Shown in pieces: positions 1 through 8,936 of a stretch of DNA of 38,144 nucleotides. The stretch covers positions 1-38,144 of the forward strand of contig JBJTQJ010000074.1 of the NCBI GenBank assembly GCA_046075565.1, in the 5' to 3' direction. Source of the stretch: Verrucomicrobiales bacterium (GTDB lineage Bacteria > Verrucomicrobiota > Verrucomicrobiia > Verrucomicrobiales > SLCJ01). Made by a program: the position numbers and the translations under genes. The notes beneath the pieces are model-generated. The model saw only the letters and a program-made list of their open reading frames with translations, had not been told where the DNA came from and made no database searches. Position 1 is the first letter of the stretch, and each line of letters starts with the position of its first letter.

Positions 1-190
1 CGGCACCGCTTCCGGTGCCGGGCGAGGGATGCCCCACCTCCGTCCGAGGCATGTCAGTCAGCAGGTCTGAGCCCGATAGACATCGCCGGCCATTTGGGCA
101 GGCAACGGACACGACCCTGCGGGATCTTGTCCCTCCGGTTGGCGGATAAAATGCACAGACCATCAAAATTCTGGCACCTTCGTGCCATGT

Positions 191-260
191 AAGCTGTGAT
201 ATATTTTCACGTAATTAGTAATGCTTTCAATTGTTTTGCAATTAATTAAAAAGAAATCTT
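191..260. promoter_or_regulatory. AT-rich putative promoter/regulatory region upstream of the acyltransferase-rsuA pair
   Basis: 16 of 70 bases are G+C against a roughly 60% background; contains an imperfect dyad GTGA-N7-TCAC; lies about 70 nt upstream of the likely ATG at 329. Confidence 0.45.
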
Positions 261-328
261 ACTGTGCGCATCTCGCCATTCCCGAAAATTCGATTGGGCA
301 GAGGACTTGTTCGGCGTATTGTGGCGGC

Positions 329-1060
329 ATGAACGCCTTTGGTCGCTGGCAACACTGGCTCGCCAGGCGAGCGGTCAGGCGCAATTTTGCGGCCGTCTAT
401 TGCCACGGACTCGAAAACATCTCGGGAATTCCATTGGGAACACCGGTGATTCTCGCACCAATCCACACGGGCTGGTGGGATGGGTTCTTCTGCTCCTGTT
501 TGCTGCCGCGTTTACCTGGCCGAAGGTTTTTCCTAGCTCAACACGCCCAGCATCTGGGGCGATATCCTTGGTTCCGCCATGCCGGGGTGATCGGTCTGGA
601 CGCTCGAGGGGCAGGGCGCCTGCGAGCCGGACTCCGCCAACTCGAGTCCTGTTTATGCACGCCCGGGGCGCTGCTCGTATATTTTCCTCAGGGGCGCCTG
701 ACCATCCAGGACGCTGACCCCATTGAAGCCCGGCGCGGACTGGGTTTCTTTGCTGGAGCAGCTGGCTCGCTTTTGGTTCCGCTCGTCTGGCGGCACGGCC
801 TCCGGGACGGGCCAAAACCCGAACTTTGGATGCGAATCGGTGAGCCGATCCGCGTCTCGGGCCTTCCGGCCAATAAAGCTTGGAACGCCGCCATGGCGAC
901 CCTTGAATCTGACCTAAGAAGAGATTGGAATAATTCGCAATTAACACATTATCAAGCACTTAGCAAGCAAAAGCCCGCGATTCACGCAAAATGGGTGAAC
1001 TGGTCAAAGCGCTGGCTTGGGAGAGCCGATCCGGTGGAAAATGGAGGAGATTCCGCGTGA
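329..1060 (+). CDS. Lysophospholipid/PlsC-like acyltransferase family protein
   Basis: HTGWWDG (HxxxxD) and YFPQG motifs. Start moved from 221 to ATG 329 because the upstream part is AT-rich and looks non-coding. Confidence 0.75.
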   Translation: MNAFGRWQHWLARRAVRRNFAAVYCHGLENISGIPLGTPVILAPIHTGWWDGFFCSCLLPRLPGRRFFLAQHAQHLGRYPWFRHAGVIGLDARGAGRLRAGLRQLESCLCTPGALLVYFPQGRLTIQDADPIEARRGLGFFAGAAGSLLVPLVWRHGLRDGPKPELWMRIGEPIRVSGLPANKAWNAAMATLESDLRRDWNNSQLTHYQALSKQKPAIHAKWVNWSKRWLGRADPVENGGDSA

Positions 1061-1773
1061 AATTGGATTCGTGGGTCGGCAGAGAGGCAGGAGTCGGCCG
1101 CAAGACCGCCAGGGAGGCAATTCTGGCCGGCCGGGTGACCGTAGACGGTCAGATTTGCCGTGTCTGGACCGGTGAATTGGACCGTTTTCGCCGGGTGGAA
1201 TTCGATGGACGCATCCTCGGCGAGCCTGAGCCGGAGCTGTATTTTATGGTTCACAAGCCAGTTGGGGTGGTTAGCGCGACCAAGGACGCGTCGGCGCCCA
1301 CGGTGGTGGATCTGGTCGAGCATCCAGAAAGGCATCGGCTCCACGTGGCCGGGCGGCTGGACCGGAGCAGCACCGGACTGGTGCTCCTGACCAACAACGG
1401 AAACTGGTCAAAACCACTGATGAGCGGAAGCGGGCGGATCGGGAAGGTTTATTTGGTGGAAACGGAAACTGAGATTCCCGACGAAGCGGAACAAGCGTTT
1501 GAGGAAGGATTCTGGTTTGCCACCGAAGGAATTCGCACGCGACCGGCAAAACTCGAGCGCGTCGGTGAGCGCAGCGCGCGAGTCGCGCTCACCGAAGGCC
1601 GTTACCATCAAATCAAGCGCATGTTCCATCGCTTGGGTTGCCGCGTGACGAGCTTACATAGGCATCGCATCGGGAACCTCGATTTGGACCCGGCGCTGGG
1701 GCTAGGCCACGCCAGACCGCTGAATTCCAAGGAAATCCGGGCCGCCCTTGTCGAAAAACCTCCGAGTCTATAA
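1057..1773 (+). CDS. rsuA: 16S rRNA pseudouridine synthase, RsuA family
   Basis: S4-like N-terminus, HKPVGVVS, catalytic GRLDRSSTGLVLLT, EGRYHQIKRMF. GTG start overlaps the upstream TGA (GTGA) and has GGAGGA just upstream. Confidence 0.9.
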   Translation: MKLDSWVGREAGVGRKTAREAILAGRVTVDGQICRVWTGELDRFRRVEFDGRILGEPEPELYFMVHKPVGVVSATKDASAPTVVDLVEHPERHRLHVAGRLDRSSTGLVLLTNNGNWSKPLMSGSGRIGKVYLVETETEIPDEAEQAFEEGFWFATEGIRTRPAKLERVGERSARVALTEGRYHQIKRMFHRLGCRVTSLHRHRIGNLDLDPALGLGHARPLNSKEIRAALVEKPPSL

Positions 1774-2215
1774 CTACGCCTAATCAATGTAATCCCAAGT
1801 AAAGGATGGGGAAAACGGCCGGGAGGCTGCCCTGCCTCAATATGGACCTCGGTATTTGGGCACCCTCTCGACTACGCAACCGATTTCCCCTCGATCGATC
1901 TTCCAACCAGCGCTTCACGATTGTCGTGGCTCCTCACCTATGACGTAGACATCCACTTTTCGGAGGCACCTCAATCCTGTGGTGCTTGAGAATGGGAAGA
2001 CCTCCGCCGCAATGGGTCTCCCGGCATTCCATTCGCTCATTCATGAAACCTCTCGAAGGGATTCTCGTGCCTCAGAATCTTTACTCCTCAGAGTCGGCCT
2101 CGCACTCAATTCACTCCCGGACCTCCTCCAAACCCACTTGCCGCCGTGCCCCCTGCCTGCCGCTAATTTCGGCCTTTGTCTGCTTTTGCTTTGGCTGTTT
2201 TCTCTTACACCTCCC

Positions 2216-2998
2216 CTACCGTCCATCGCCGCCTGAAGCCGACAGCTTTTGCGCGCCCCAGACGGCGGCGAAGGTGACAATCAAGAGGAGCGACGAAAGG
2301 GCATTGATGACAGGGAGTTCCTTGCTGTGTTTGATCATCGAATAGATCTGCACAGGGAGCGTTTTCGAGCCGGGACCATTGACGAAGAAGGTCACCACGA
2401 AGTCATCGATGGAAAGGGTGAAAGCGAGCAGTCCCCCGGCGAGCACGCCCGGGGCGATGAGTGGAAATAGCACACGACGAAAGGCCTGCCAGCGATTGGC
2501 TCCCAAATCGCGGGCAGCTTCGACAACGGTGAAATCGAAATCCTGCAGACGGGCGCGCACGACGAGGGCGACGTAACTCAGACAGAAGGTCAAATGGGCG
2601 ACAGTGATGGTGGCGAGGCCCAATTTCCAACCGATGGCCACAAAAAACGACAGAAGGCTCATGCCCATGAGAATCTCCGGAAGCACGAGCGGGACAGTGA
2701 CCAGCAGGTTGTGGGTGGATTGGAGACGTCCGCTGAAGCGATGGAGCGCGAAGGCGGCAAGGGTCCCAAGGACCATCGCCCCGGCGCTGGAGGCGAAGGC
2801 GACGATAAGGGTGTTGGTCAAGGCATCCCACAAATCTTCCCTTTGAAAAAGGCGCTCATACCAGCGGAACGTGAACCCTTCCCAGCTTGTGCTGTATCGC
2901 GAGTCGTTGAACGAATGTCCGACGAGAATGCCGATGGGCAGGTAGAAGAACACCAGCACCAGCAGGCAGGTAATCAAGGGGAGACGACTTCGCTTCAT
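2216..2998 (-). CDS. potC: Spermidine/putrescine ABC transporter permease PotC
   Basis: Multi-TM protein with EAARDLGA loop and FTLSIDDFV; start MKRSRL at 2998; follows potB. Confidence 0.88.
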   Translation of the reverse strand: MKRSRLPLITCLLVLVFFYLPIGILVGHSFNDSRYSTSWEGFTFRWYERLFQREDLWDALTNTLIVAFASSAGAMVLGTLAAFALHRFSGRLQSTHNLLVTVPLVLPEILMGMSLLSFFVAIGWKLGLATITVAHLTFCLSYVALVVRARLQDFDFTVVEAARDLGANRWQAFRRVLFPLIAPGVLAGGLLAFTLSIDDFVVTFFVNGPGSKTLPVQIYSMIKHSKELPVINALSSLLLIVTFAAVWGAQKLSASGGDGR

Positions 2999-3014
2999 GG
3001 TGCTGGTTCGGGGG

Positions 3015-3851
3015 TCATTCGCGGCGGGCGCGGCGGGCTTGCCAAGCCACGGGAAGAAGCACGACGAGGGTGAGTGCGGCGGAAAGGGCCGCCGCCTGCG
3101 GAAGATTGCGGTCCGAGAAATTCCGCTGGGCGATCCGGTTGCCGAGCATTTCTCCGGCGGGACCACCGACCAGATCCGGAATGACATAGCTCCCTAACAT
3201 GGGAACGAAAACGACGAGGAAAGCGGTGGCAAGGCCGGCACGCACCCCGGGCAGAAAAACCCGCATGAAGGCCCGCCATGAGGATGCGCCGAGATCCCGC
3301 GCGGCATCGAGCAAACCGAAATCGAATTTCTCTGCCGCCGCGTAAAGCGGAAGGATGGCAAAGGGTAGGAAAGTGTAAACACTCACGAGCAGCACGGCGA
3401 AAGGATTGTAGAGCAGCATCGTCTGCTCTGACACGATCCCGAGGGCGGCGATGACGGATTTGAGCGGTCCTTCCGGATGCAGGATTTGTTTCCAGGCGAG
3501 GATGCGGATTAGGAAGTTCGTCCAGAATGGAACGATGATGAGCAGCAGCAGTCGCGCGCGCCATTTTGGCGAAGCCCGGGCCATAAAGATGGCAACTGGC
3601 AAGGCCAGCACGAGACAGAAGATGGTGGTTAAGGCACTCACCCAAAAGGTGCGCCAGATAATCTCCGGATAGTTGGGATCCCGGAGCGCCCGGATGGCAT
3701 CGAGCGACCAACCCTCGCCCAACCCGCCGAGTGGATTCGCGGGACGGAAGGCGATGACAAAGACGAGGATGGTCGGCACCAGCACGAAGACCGCCAACCA
3801 GAGCAAACTGGGGGCAGTGAGAATCCATTCGGCTCGGGAGCGTCTGGGCAT
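3015..3851 (-). CDS. potB: Spermidine/putrescine ABC transporter permease PotB
   Basis: PFWTNFLIR, LPFAILPLY, DAARDLGA and PDLVGG motifs. Confidence 0.88.
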   Translation of the reverse strand: MPRRSRAEWILTAPSLLWLAVFVLVPTILVFVIAFRPANPLGGLGEGWSLDAIRALRDPNYPEIIWRTFWVSALTTIFCLVLALPVAIFMARASPKWRARLLLLIIVPFWTNFLIRILAWKQILHPEGPLKSVIAALGIVSEQTMLLYNPFAVLLVSVYTFLPFAILPLYAAAEKFDFGLLDAARDLGASSWRAFMRVFLPGVRAGLATAFLVVFVPMLGSYVIPDLVGGPAGEMLGNRIAQRNFSDRNLPQAAALSAALTLVVLLPVAWQARRARRE

Positions 3852-3860
3852 GGCCGGTAA

Positions 3861-5033
3861 TCAGGCAGTGGCGGGTGTGTCGTCTTCGGGCAAAGAGAGC
3901 AAGGCTTCGTCGGCTTCGCGGTATTCATCGAGCAGGACACCTTCGTTGGCGTGCCAAGAAAGCGCGACTGGGTCGCCCCAGACCGGAGGTTTCTCATCCA
4001 ATTGGAAACGGGTGTGCTGCTTTTCGAGAGCGATTCGGTATTCGCCACATTGCACCCAATAACGGGTGTGCCCGCCGAGATACACGACCTCGGCCACGGT
4101 TCCGGAAAAGCGGTTTTCCCCGCGGGCGGGCGGCCGACCGGCGGCCTGGCTGGCGTGTTCCATTCGGATCTTTTCCGGGCGCACGCTGAGGTGGAATGGC
4201 TGGCCGGGACGCAGGGTGCGATCATTCCAGAGCCAGCAGTCGCCGAGTCCGTCAACTTCGCCGCGGCTCAATTCGCTATCAATCACTTCGCTGATTTTTC
4301 CTTCGAGGAAATTCGTGTCACCGATGAAGGCCGCAACAAAGCTTGTGCGCGGTGCCTCGTAAATTTCCGGTGGAGGACCGATTTGTTCGATATGGCCGCG
4401 GTTCATGACGGCGATACGATCGCTGATCGCCATGGCTTCACCCTGGTCGTGGGTGACGTAGACGAAGGTGATACCCACCTCATCGTGGATGGCGTCGAGC
4501 TGCACGAGGAGTCGTTGGCGAAGTTTCAGGTCGAGAGCGGCGAGCGGTTCGTCGAGCAACAGGACACGCGGCTTGTTGATCAAGGCGCGGGCGATGGCCA
4601 CGCGCTGGCGTTGTCCCCCGCTGAGCTGGGCGGTTTTTTTGTCCCCGTGTTCGGCGAGTTGCACGAGCTCGATCATTTTTTCGACCTCGCCGGCGATGGT
4701 GGAGGGCGAATGACCGGCCATCCGGGGGCCGAAGGCGATGTTGTCCCGCACCGATAGGTGGGGAAAAAGAGCGTAGTTCTGGAAGACCGTGTTGACCGGA
4801 CGTTTTTCCGGGGGAAGTGCGGTGATGTCCTGACCGTCGAGTATGATCCGACCACTGTCGGGGTGCTCGAAACCGGCCGCCATCCGGAGAAGAGTCGTCT
4901 TTCCGCAGCCGCTTGGTCCGAGCAGGGAAAATACTTCGCCAGCCTTCAAGGCGAGGGTCACGTTGTCGACAGCAAGGTGGCTCCCAAATCGTTTGGAAAC
5001 CCCTTCGAATACTAGGAACGCGTCATTGGCCAT
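3861..5033 (-). CDS. potA: Polyamine ABC transporter ATP-binding protein PotA
   Basis: Walker A GPSGCGKT, VFQNYALFPH, LSGGQRQR, LLLDEP, VTHDQ, TOBE-like tail; likely start MANDAF at 5033. Confidence 0.9.
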   Translation of the reverse strand: MANDAFLVFEGVSKRFGSHLAVDNVTLALKAGEVFSLLGPSGCGKTTLLRMAAGFEHPDSGRIILDGQDITALPPEKRPVNTVFQNYALFPHLSVRDNIAFGPRMAGHSPSTIAGEVEKMIELVQLAEHGDKKTAQLSGGQRQRVAIARALINKPRVLLLDEPLAALDLKLRQRLLVQLDAIHDEVGITFVYVTHDQGEAMAISDRIAVMNRGHIEQIGPPPEIYEAPRTSFVAAFIGDTNFLEGKISEVIDSELSRGEVDGLGDCWLWNDRTLRPGQPFHLSVRPEKIRMEHASQAAGRPPARGENRFSGTVAEVVYLGGHTRYWVQCGEYRIALEKQHTRFQLDEKPPVWGDPVALSWHANEGVLLDEYREADEALLSLPEDDTPATA

Positions 5034-5194
5034 GGGTTGGATGCCGCCCTCTGGTTCGCGGTCCTCGGGCGTGGTGCTGAAAAACACGATTTTGCGGGTG
5101 AAGTCAAGCATTTTCAAATTCTGGAACCCCGGGGTTGTCGAATCCCTTTGCCTCGGCAGGTCGCATTGGCGATAATACCGCCACACTTTCCCCC

Positions 5195-6901
5195 ATGCCG
5201 ACTAGCCGATTTTCCACCTTACCCATCCTCGTCGCGGCTTTTGCCCTGCTCTCCTGTCAACAGGTCCCGAAAAACCTGCCCGACTCGGGGCCGGACGCTG
5301 TCGTCGCCAATCAACTTTCCCTTGCCCGGCAATCGCTCAAGCAGAGTGAAAAGTCGTCCGAACGCGGGAAGCGCCTCGGTCATGTCCTCCTTGCCGCCGA
5401 GTTGGCGTGGGATTTGGACTGGAAACACAGCGGCCAAGAAATCACCCACGCGAGCGAGAAGGCGGAGAGTGTCTACAATGCTGCCATTCTGGAGCTTTTG
5501 CAAAATGCCCGCGACCCGAAGGAGGTACTGAGCTCGCGCCAGACGGAATATCTGGTCAGGGGTCCGCGTGGCAACTATCGGGTGCAAATTGATCCGCGCA
5601 CCTTCGAGAGCCTAGAGCAATATCCGGAAATGAAGCCGGCCTCGGAATGCAAAGGCAAGGAAGGCTTCAACAATCGCCATATCCGCGCGGGCTTCGGGTT
5701 GCCTCTGGTTGCCATCAACCGCGAGGCGGTGTTGAGGCTGACGCTTACGCAGGGTGCAGCCGATCAGTTCAAGCGGAGGGAGGGTTACACCGCGCCTCGG
5801 ACCGCGCTGCTCATCTTCGACAAACCGACGCGGCCCGGGCAGTCACGGAATGTTCGCATCGCGATTGTCGATCCGCGCAAGGTGCAGGAAGAAAAAGTGG
5901 GCAAACGATTCCTGCCCGTGGCAGCCGATTTCACCGCGCCACTCATGGCCGCCTATCCCGCCTTTGGTTCACAACTTTCCGCCCTCGTAGCCGCGATCTA
6001 TCCCGACACCCTCTTGGCCTCGAGTGCCATCTATGCAACCGAGGTCTATGATCCCGAGCGCATTCCGGTATTGCTGGTGCATGGACTCTTTTCCACTCCC
6101 GACATGTGGAAGAATGTCATCAATGATCTCGGAGCCATGCCTGGCATCGGCGACCGCTTCCAGTTCTACACCTTCACCTATCCCACTGGAATGTCACCCA
6201 TCTTGACTGCGGAGCTGTTGCGCGAAAAGCTGCAAAAGGTGCGCAAGGTCCGACCATTGCCGAATGGTTACGTGCTCGTCGGGCACAGCATGGGGGGGAT
6301 TCTCAGCCGCATGCAGATTGTCGATAGCGACAACGAGTTCTGGACGCACACCTTCGGAGAAAGAGCGGAACAAGCGCTCCGCAAGATGCCGGAGAACGAC
6401 CCCATACGGCAAGCCTATTTTTTCAATGCGGATCCGGGTGCGAAACGCGCCATCTTCATCTGCACTCCCCACCAGGGTTCACCCATGGCCGAACGCTCGA
6501 TTGTCCGCTGGTTCGGTAGGCTAGCCCGCACCCCGCTCAAGCTCTCGCAAACCATCGCCACCTCACCTCTGCGGGCGCTCAATCTCATTCCCGACCGCCT
6601 TCCCTCCAGCGCCGAAGGTTTGTCGCCGAGTTCGCCCGTGCTCCAGACCATGGTGAAGCGTCCGATGAAGGCTCCCGTGCATTCCATCATCGGAAACCGG
6701 GGGCAGGCCGGGCCGCTGGAAGCGACCTCAGACGGCATCGTCCCCTACCCCAGCGCCCACGTGCCGGAAGCTCTTTCGGAAAAGCTCGTCCCCGGTAACC
6801 ACGGAGCTTTCGCTCTCGAGGAGTCGATTTCCGAAGTCGCCCGTATTTTGAGGGAACACGACCGGTCCGCTGGCAAACCCCGGAAACAGGGGGCCCGGTG
6901 A
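5195..6901 (+). CDS. Alpha/beta-hydrolase (esterase/lipase-like) lipoprotein
   Basis: Lipobox ALLSC, LVHGL oxyanion motif, GHSMGG nucleophile elbow, TPHQGS, SDGIVP, C-terminal His. Confidence 0.8.
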   Translation: MPTSRFSTLPILVAAFALLSCQQVPKNLPDSGPDAVVANQLSLARQSLKQSEKSSERGKRLGHVLLAAELAWDLDWKHSGQEITHASEKAESVYNAAILELLQNARDPKEVLSSRQTEYLVRGPRGNYRVQIDPRTFESLEQYPEMKPASECKGKEGFNNRHIRAGFGLPLVAINREAVLRLTLTQGAADQFKRREGYTAPRTALLIFDKPTRPGQSRNVRIAIVDPRKVQEEKVGKRFLPVAADFTAPLMAAYPAFGSQLSALVAAIYPDTLLASSAIYATEVYDPERIPVLLVHGLFSTPDMWKNVINDLGAMPGIGDRFQFYTFTYPTGMSPILTAELLREKLQKVRKVRPLPNGYVLVGHSMGGILSRMQIVDSDNEFWTHTFGERAEQALRKMPENDPIRQAYFFNADPGAKRAIFICTPHQGSPMAERSIVRWFGRLARTPLKLSQTIATSPLRALNLIPDRLPSSAEGLSPSSPVLQTMVKRPMKAPVHSIIGNRGQAGPLEATSDGIVPYPSAHVPEALSEKLVPGNHGAFALEESISEVARILREHDRSAGKPRKQGAR

Positions 6902-6949
6902 CATTTTACAGAACCAAACACCGGCCCGCGGCGTTTATATATCGATTTC

Positions 6950-7756
6950 ATGTCTACGATAGCCGCCATCGCCAGGCTCTCAGTCCTTACCGGGGCGCTT
7001 CTGCTCCCGTTAGGGGCCGAGGAACCGTCGAAAGAAGCGGCCGCTCCCGCGCCTGCGCAGCCGGAACCACCGCAGGTCGAAAAAGTCGGCGATACCGGCT
7101 TTAAAATCGGACTCATCGAATTCGACTCCGCGACCCGTGAAATCCGTTTCCCTGCCCGGGTCAATATGCAGGAGGGCATGATCGAATTTCCGATCACCCA
7201 TGAAAACGGACGCGTCCATGAGGCCATTTTCATAACCAAGGCATTGCCTTTGCACCTGGAAACCGCCCTGCGTCTGCTTCGCTTTAAAGCCTCGCCCGAA
7301 GTCTTTCCTACCTACCCCGGAGTGGATTTCAACAATCCTCCCCCCTATGAGGAATGGCCGGACCCGGTCTATCCGGCGGCTATTCCCGAATCACATGTGC
7401 AGGTTTTCGTCTCTTGGGCCGACAAAAAGGAACCCGTGGATATCCGGGCCATGCTCTACCGCTCGGGCGAGGAATCGACTGAGGACAAAGATGCGGTTCG
7501 GTTCGAAAAACTTGCGCCCCACTGGGTTTTCACCGGCTCGAACGAGAAAATGGGACTGGAAGTCGAGTCTCTCGGCGGTGCCATTGTCGGCATCCGCCCG
7601 GAACCCGCTTGCTCCATCAATACCGTCTCATCCGAGATCGTGCACCAACTCGAATGGTTCGCTGATCAAAAACGAATTCCAGCCCCCGACACTCAAGTCA
7701 CCATCCACATCCGGCCTTTTGCCAAACCCCCAACTTCAGAAGAAACAAAACCATGA
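6950..7756 (+). CDS. Exported YdjY-like domain protein
   Basis: Signal peptide; REIRFPARVN...IEF...HEA and WVFTGS segments resemble the YdjY family; ATGA overlap with the next gene. Confidence 0.6.
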   Translation: MSTIAAIARLSVLTGALLLPLGAEEPSKEAAAPAPAQPEPPQVEKVGDTGFKIGLIEFDSATREIRFPARVNMQEGMIEFPITHENGRVHEAIFITKALPLHLETALRLLRFKASPEVFPTYPGVDFNNPPPYEEWPDPVYPAAIPESHVQVFVSWADKKEPVDIRAMLYRSGEESTEDKDAVRFEKLAPHWVFTGSNEKMGLEVESLGGAIVGIRPEPACSINTVSSEIVHQLEWFADQKRIPAPDTQVTIHIRPFAKPPTSEETKP

Positions 7757-8913
7757 AACATCCATTCCTGCTCACAGCCGCACTCACAGGAATTGCCTTC
7801 TTGCCCGCCCTCGCGCAGGAAAGCGCCCCTGCCGAAAGAAATGCCTCATTGAAAATGGAGATCGAACGCGCGGTGGCCAAAGGCGTGGCCTTCCTGCAAA
7901 GCAAACAAAATGCCGACGGAAGTTGGTCTGACGCGGAAATGCCAGCGTTGACCGCACTGCCCGTTCGCGCCATTGCCGGCGACCCGAACCGCAAGGAAGG
8001 GCAACCGCTTTCCGAACCGACCAAAAAGGCGGTTGACTGGCTGCTGAAAACGCAAAAAGAGGATGGCGGCTTCTACAATCGCGGATTGGGCAGCTATAAC
8101 ACGGCCATTGTTATGATGGCGTTGCTGGCTGCGAACGATCCCGCCCACCACGACGCGCTGCTCAAGGCCCGCGGATATCTGGTCAAGCAACAACATGATT
8201 TTGATGTCCCCGGGCAGAAAGACAACCCGCTGGACGGTGGTCTCGGCTACGGCTCACGCCCTATCCCGGACATGTCCAATACGATGATCGCGATGGAAGC
8301 ACTGGTCAAAACGAAGAAGCTTTTTGAAGACCGCGGTGACAAGCAAGCCGCCGACCTCGACTGGGAGGCTGCTTTGACCTTTATCTCCCGCTCGCAAAAC
8401 CTGCCCGGAACCAACGATCAAGCTTGGGCACAAAGCCCCAGTGCTGAAGACCACGGTGGATTCATATACTCCCCGACCGAATCGAAGGCCGGTGAAGTCG
8501 CTCTTCCCGGTGGTGGCAAAGGCCAGCGCTCGTATGGCAGCATGAGCTACGCCGGACTGCTGAGCATGATTTACGCGGATGTGAAAGCCGATGACCCACG
8601 CGTGGTCGGAGTGCGAGATTGGGTTTCCAGGAACTACACGCTCAAAGAAAATCCGAACATGGGAGCGCAAGGCCTCTTCTACTACTACCACACCATGGCC
8701 AAGGCTCTGGTTGCGGCCAATGTCAGCCGCATCGAAAAGAAGGATGCGGAGCCGGTCGATTGGCGCACCGAACTGGCGGTCAAGTTGTTTGACCTCCAGA
8801 AAAGCGACGGTTCTTGGTTGAATGATGAATCCAAGCGCTGGATGGAAGACGATGGCGTGCTGGTTACAGCCTACGCGCTTCTCGCCCTGGAGCAGATTTA
8901 CCACAGCTTCTGA
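7753..8913 (+). CDS. Exported prenyltransferase/squalene-cyclase repeat (alpha6-alpha6 barrel) protein
   Basis: Signal peptide (ALA-Q); QW-type repeats QNADGSW, QKEDGGF, QKSDGSW; YGSMSYAGL; FYYY. Confidence 0.8.
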   Translation: MKHPFLLTAALTGIAFLPALAQESAPAERNASLKMEIERAVAKGVAFLQSKQNADGSWSDAEMPALTALPVRAIAGDPNRKEGQPLSEPTKKAVDWLLKTQKEDGGFYNRGLGSYNTAIVMMALLAANDPAHHDALLKARGYLVKQQHDFDVPGQKDNPLDGGLGYGSRPIPDMSNTMIAMEALVKTKKLFEDRGDKQAADLDWEAALTFISRSQNLPGTNDQAWAQSPSAEDHGGFIYSPTESKAGEVALPGGGKGQRSYGSMSYAGLLSMIYADVKADDPRVVGVRDWVSRNYTLKENPNMGAQGLFYYYHTMAKALVAANVSRIEKKDAEPVDWRTELAVKLFDLQKSDGSWLNDESKRWMEDDGVLVTAYALLALEQIYHSF

Positions 8914-8936
8914 TTCCGCTGGATAGCCCGCGGTGC

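Noticed and set aside
1..170. Riboswitch on the minus strand (AGACCTGC resembles a cobalamin riboswitch 3' end)
   Set aside because: Other conserved cobalamin elements are not visible
171..188. Sigma54 promoter (TGGCAC...TGC) on either strand
   Set aside because: GG-to-GC spacing is 9 nt; sigma54 promoters require 10
196..212. CRP/FNR box (TGTGA...TCAC)
   Set aside because: Spacer is 7 nt rather than 6, so it is kept only as a generic dyad
1979..2345. Short ORFs in the rsuA-potC gap
   Set aside because: No recognisable motifs, atypical composition, and partial antisense overlap with potC
7753..8913. Squalene-hopene or oxidosqualene cyclase
   Set aside because: Too short, carries a signal peptide, and lacks the DxDD/DCTAE motif
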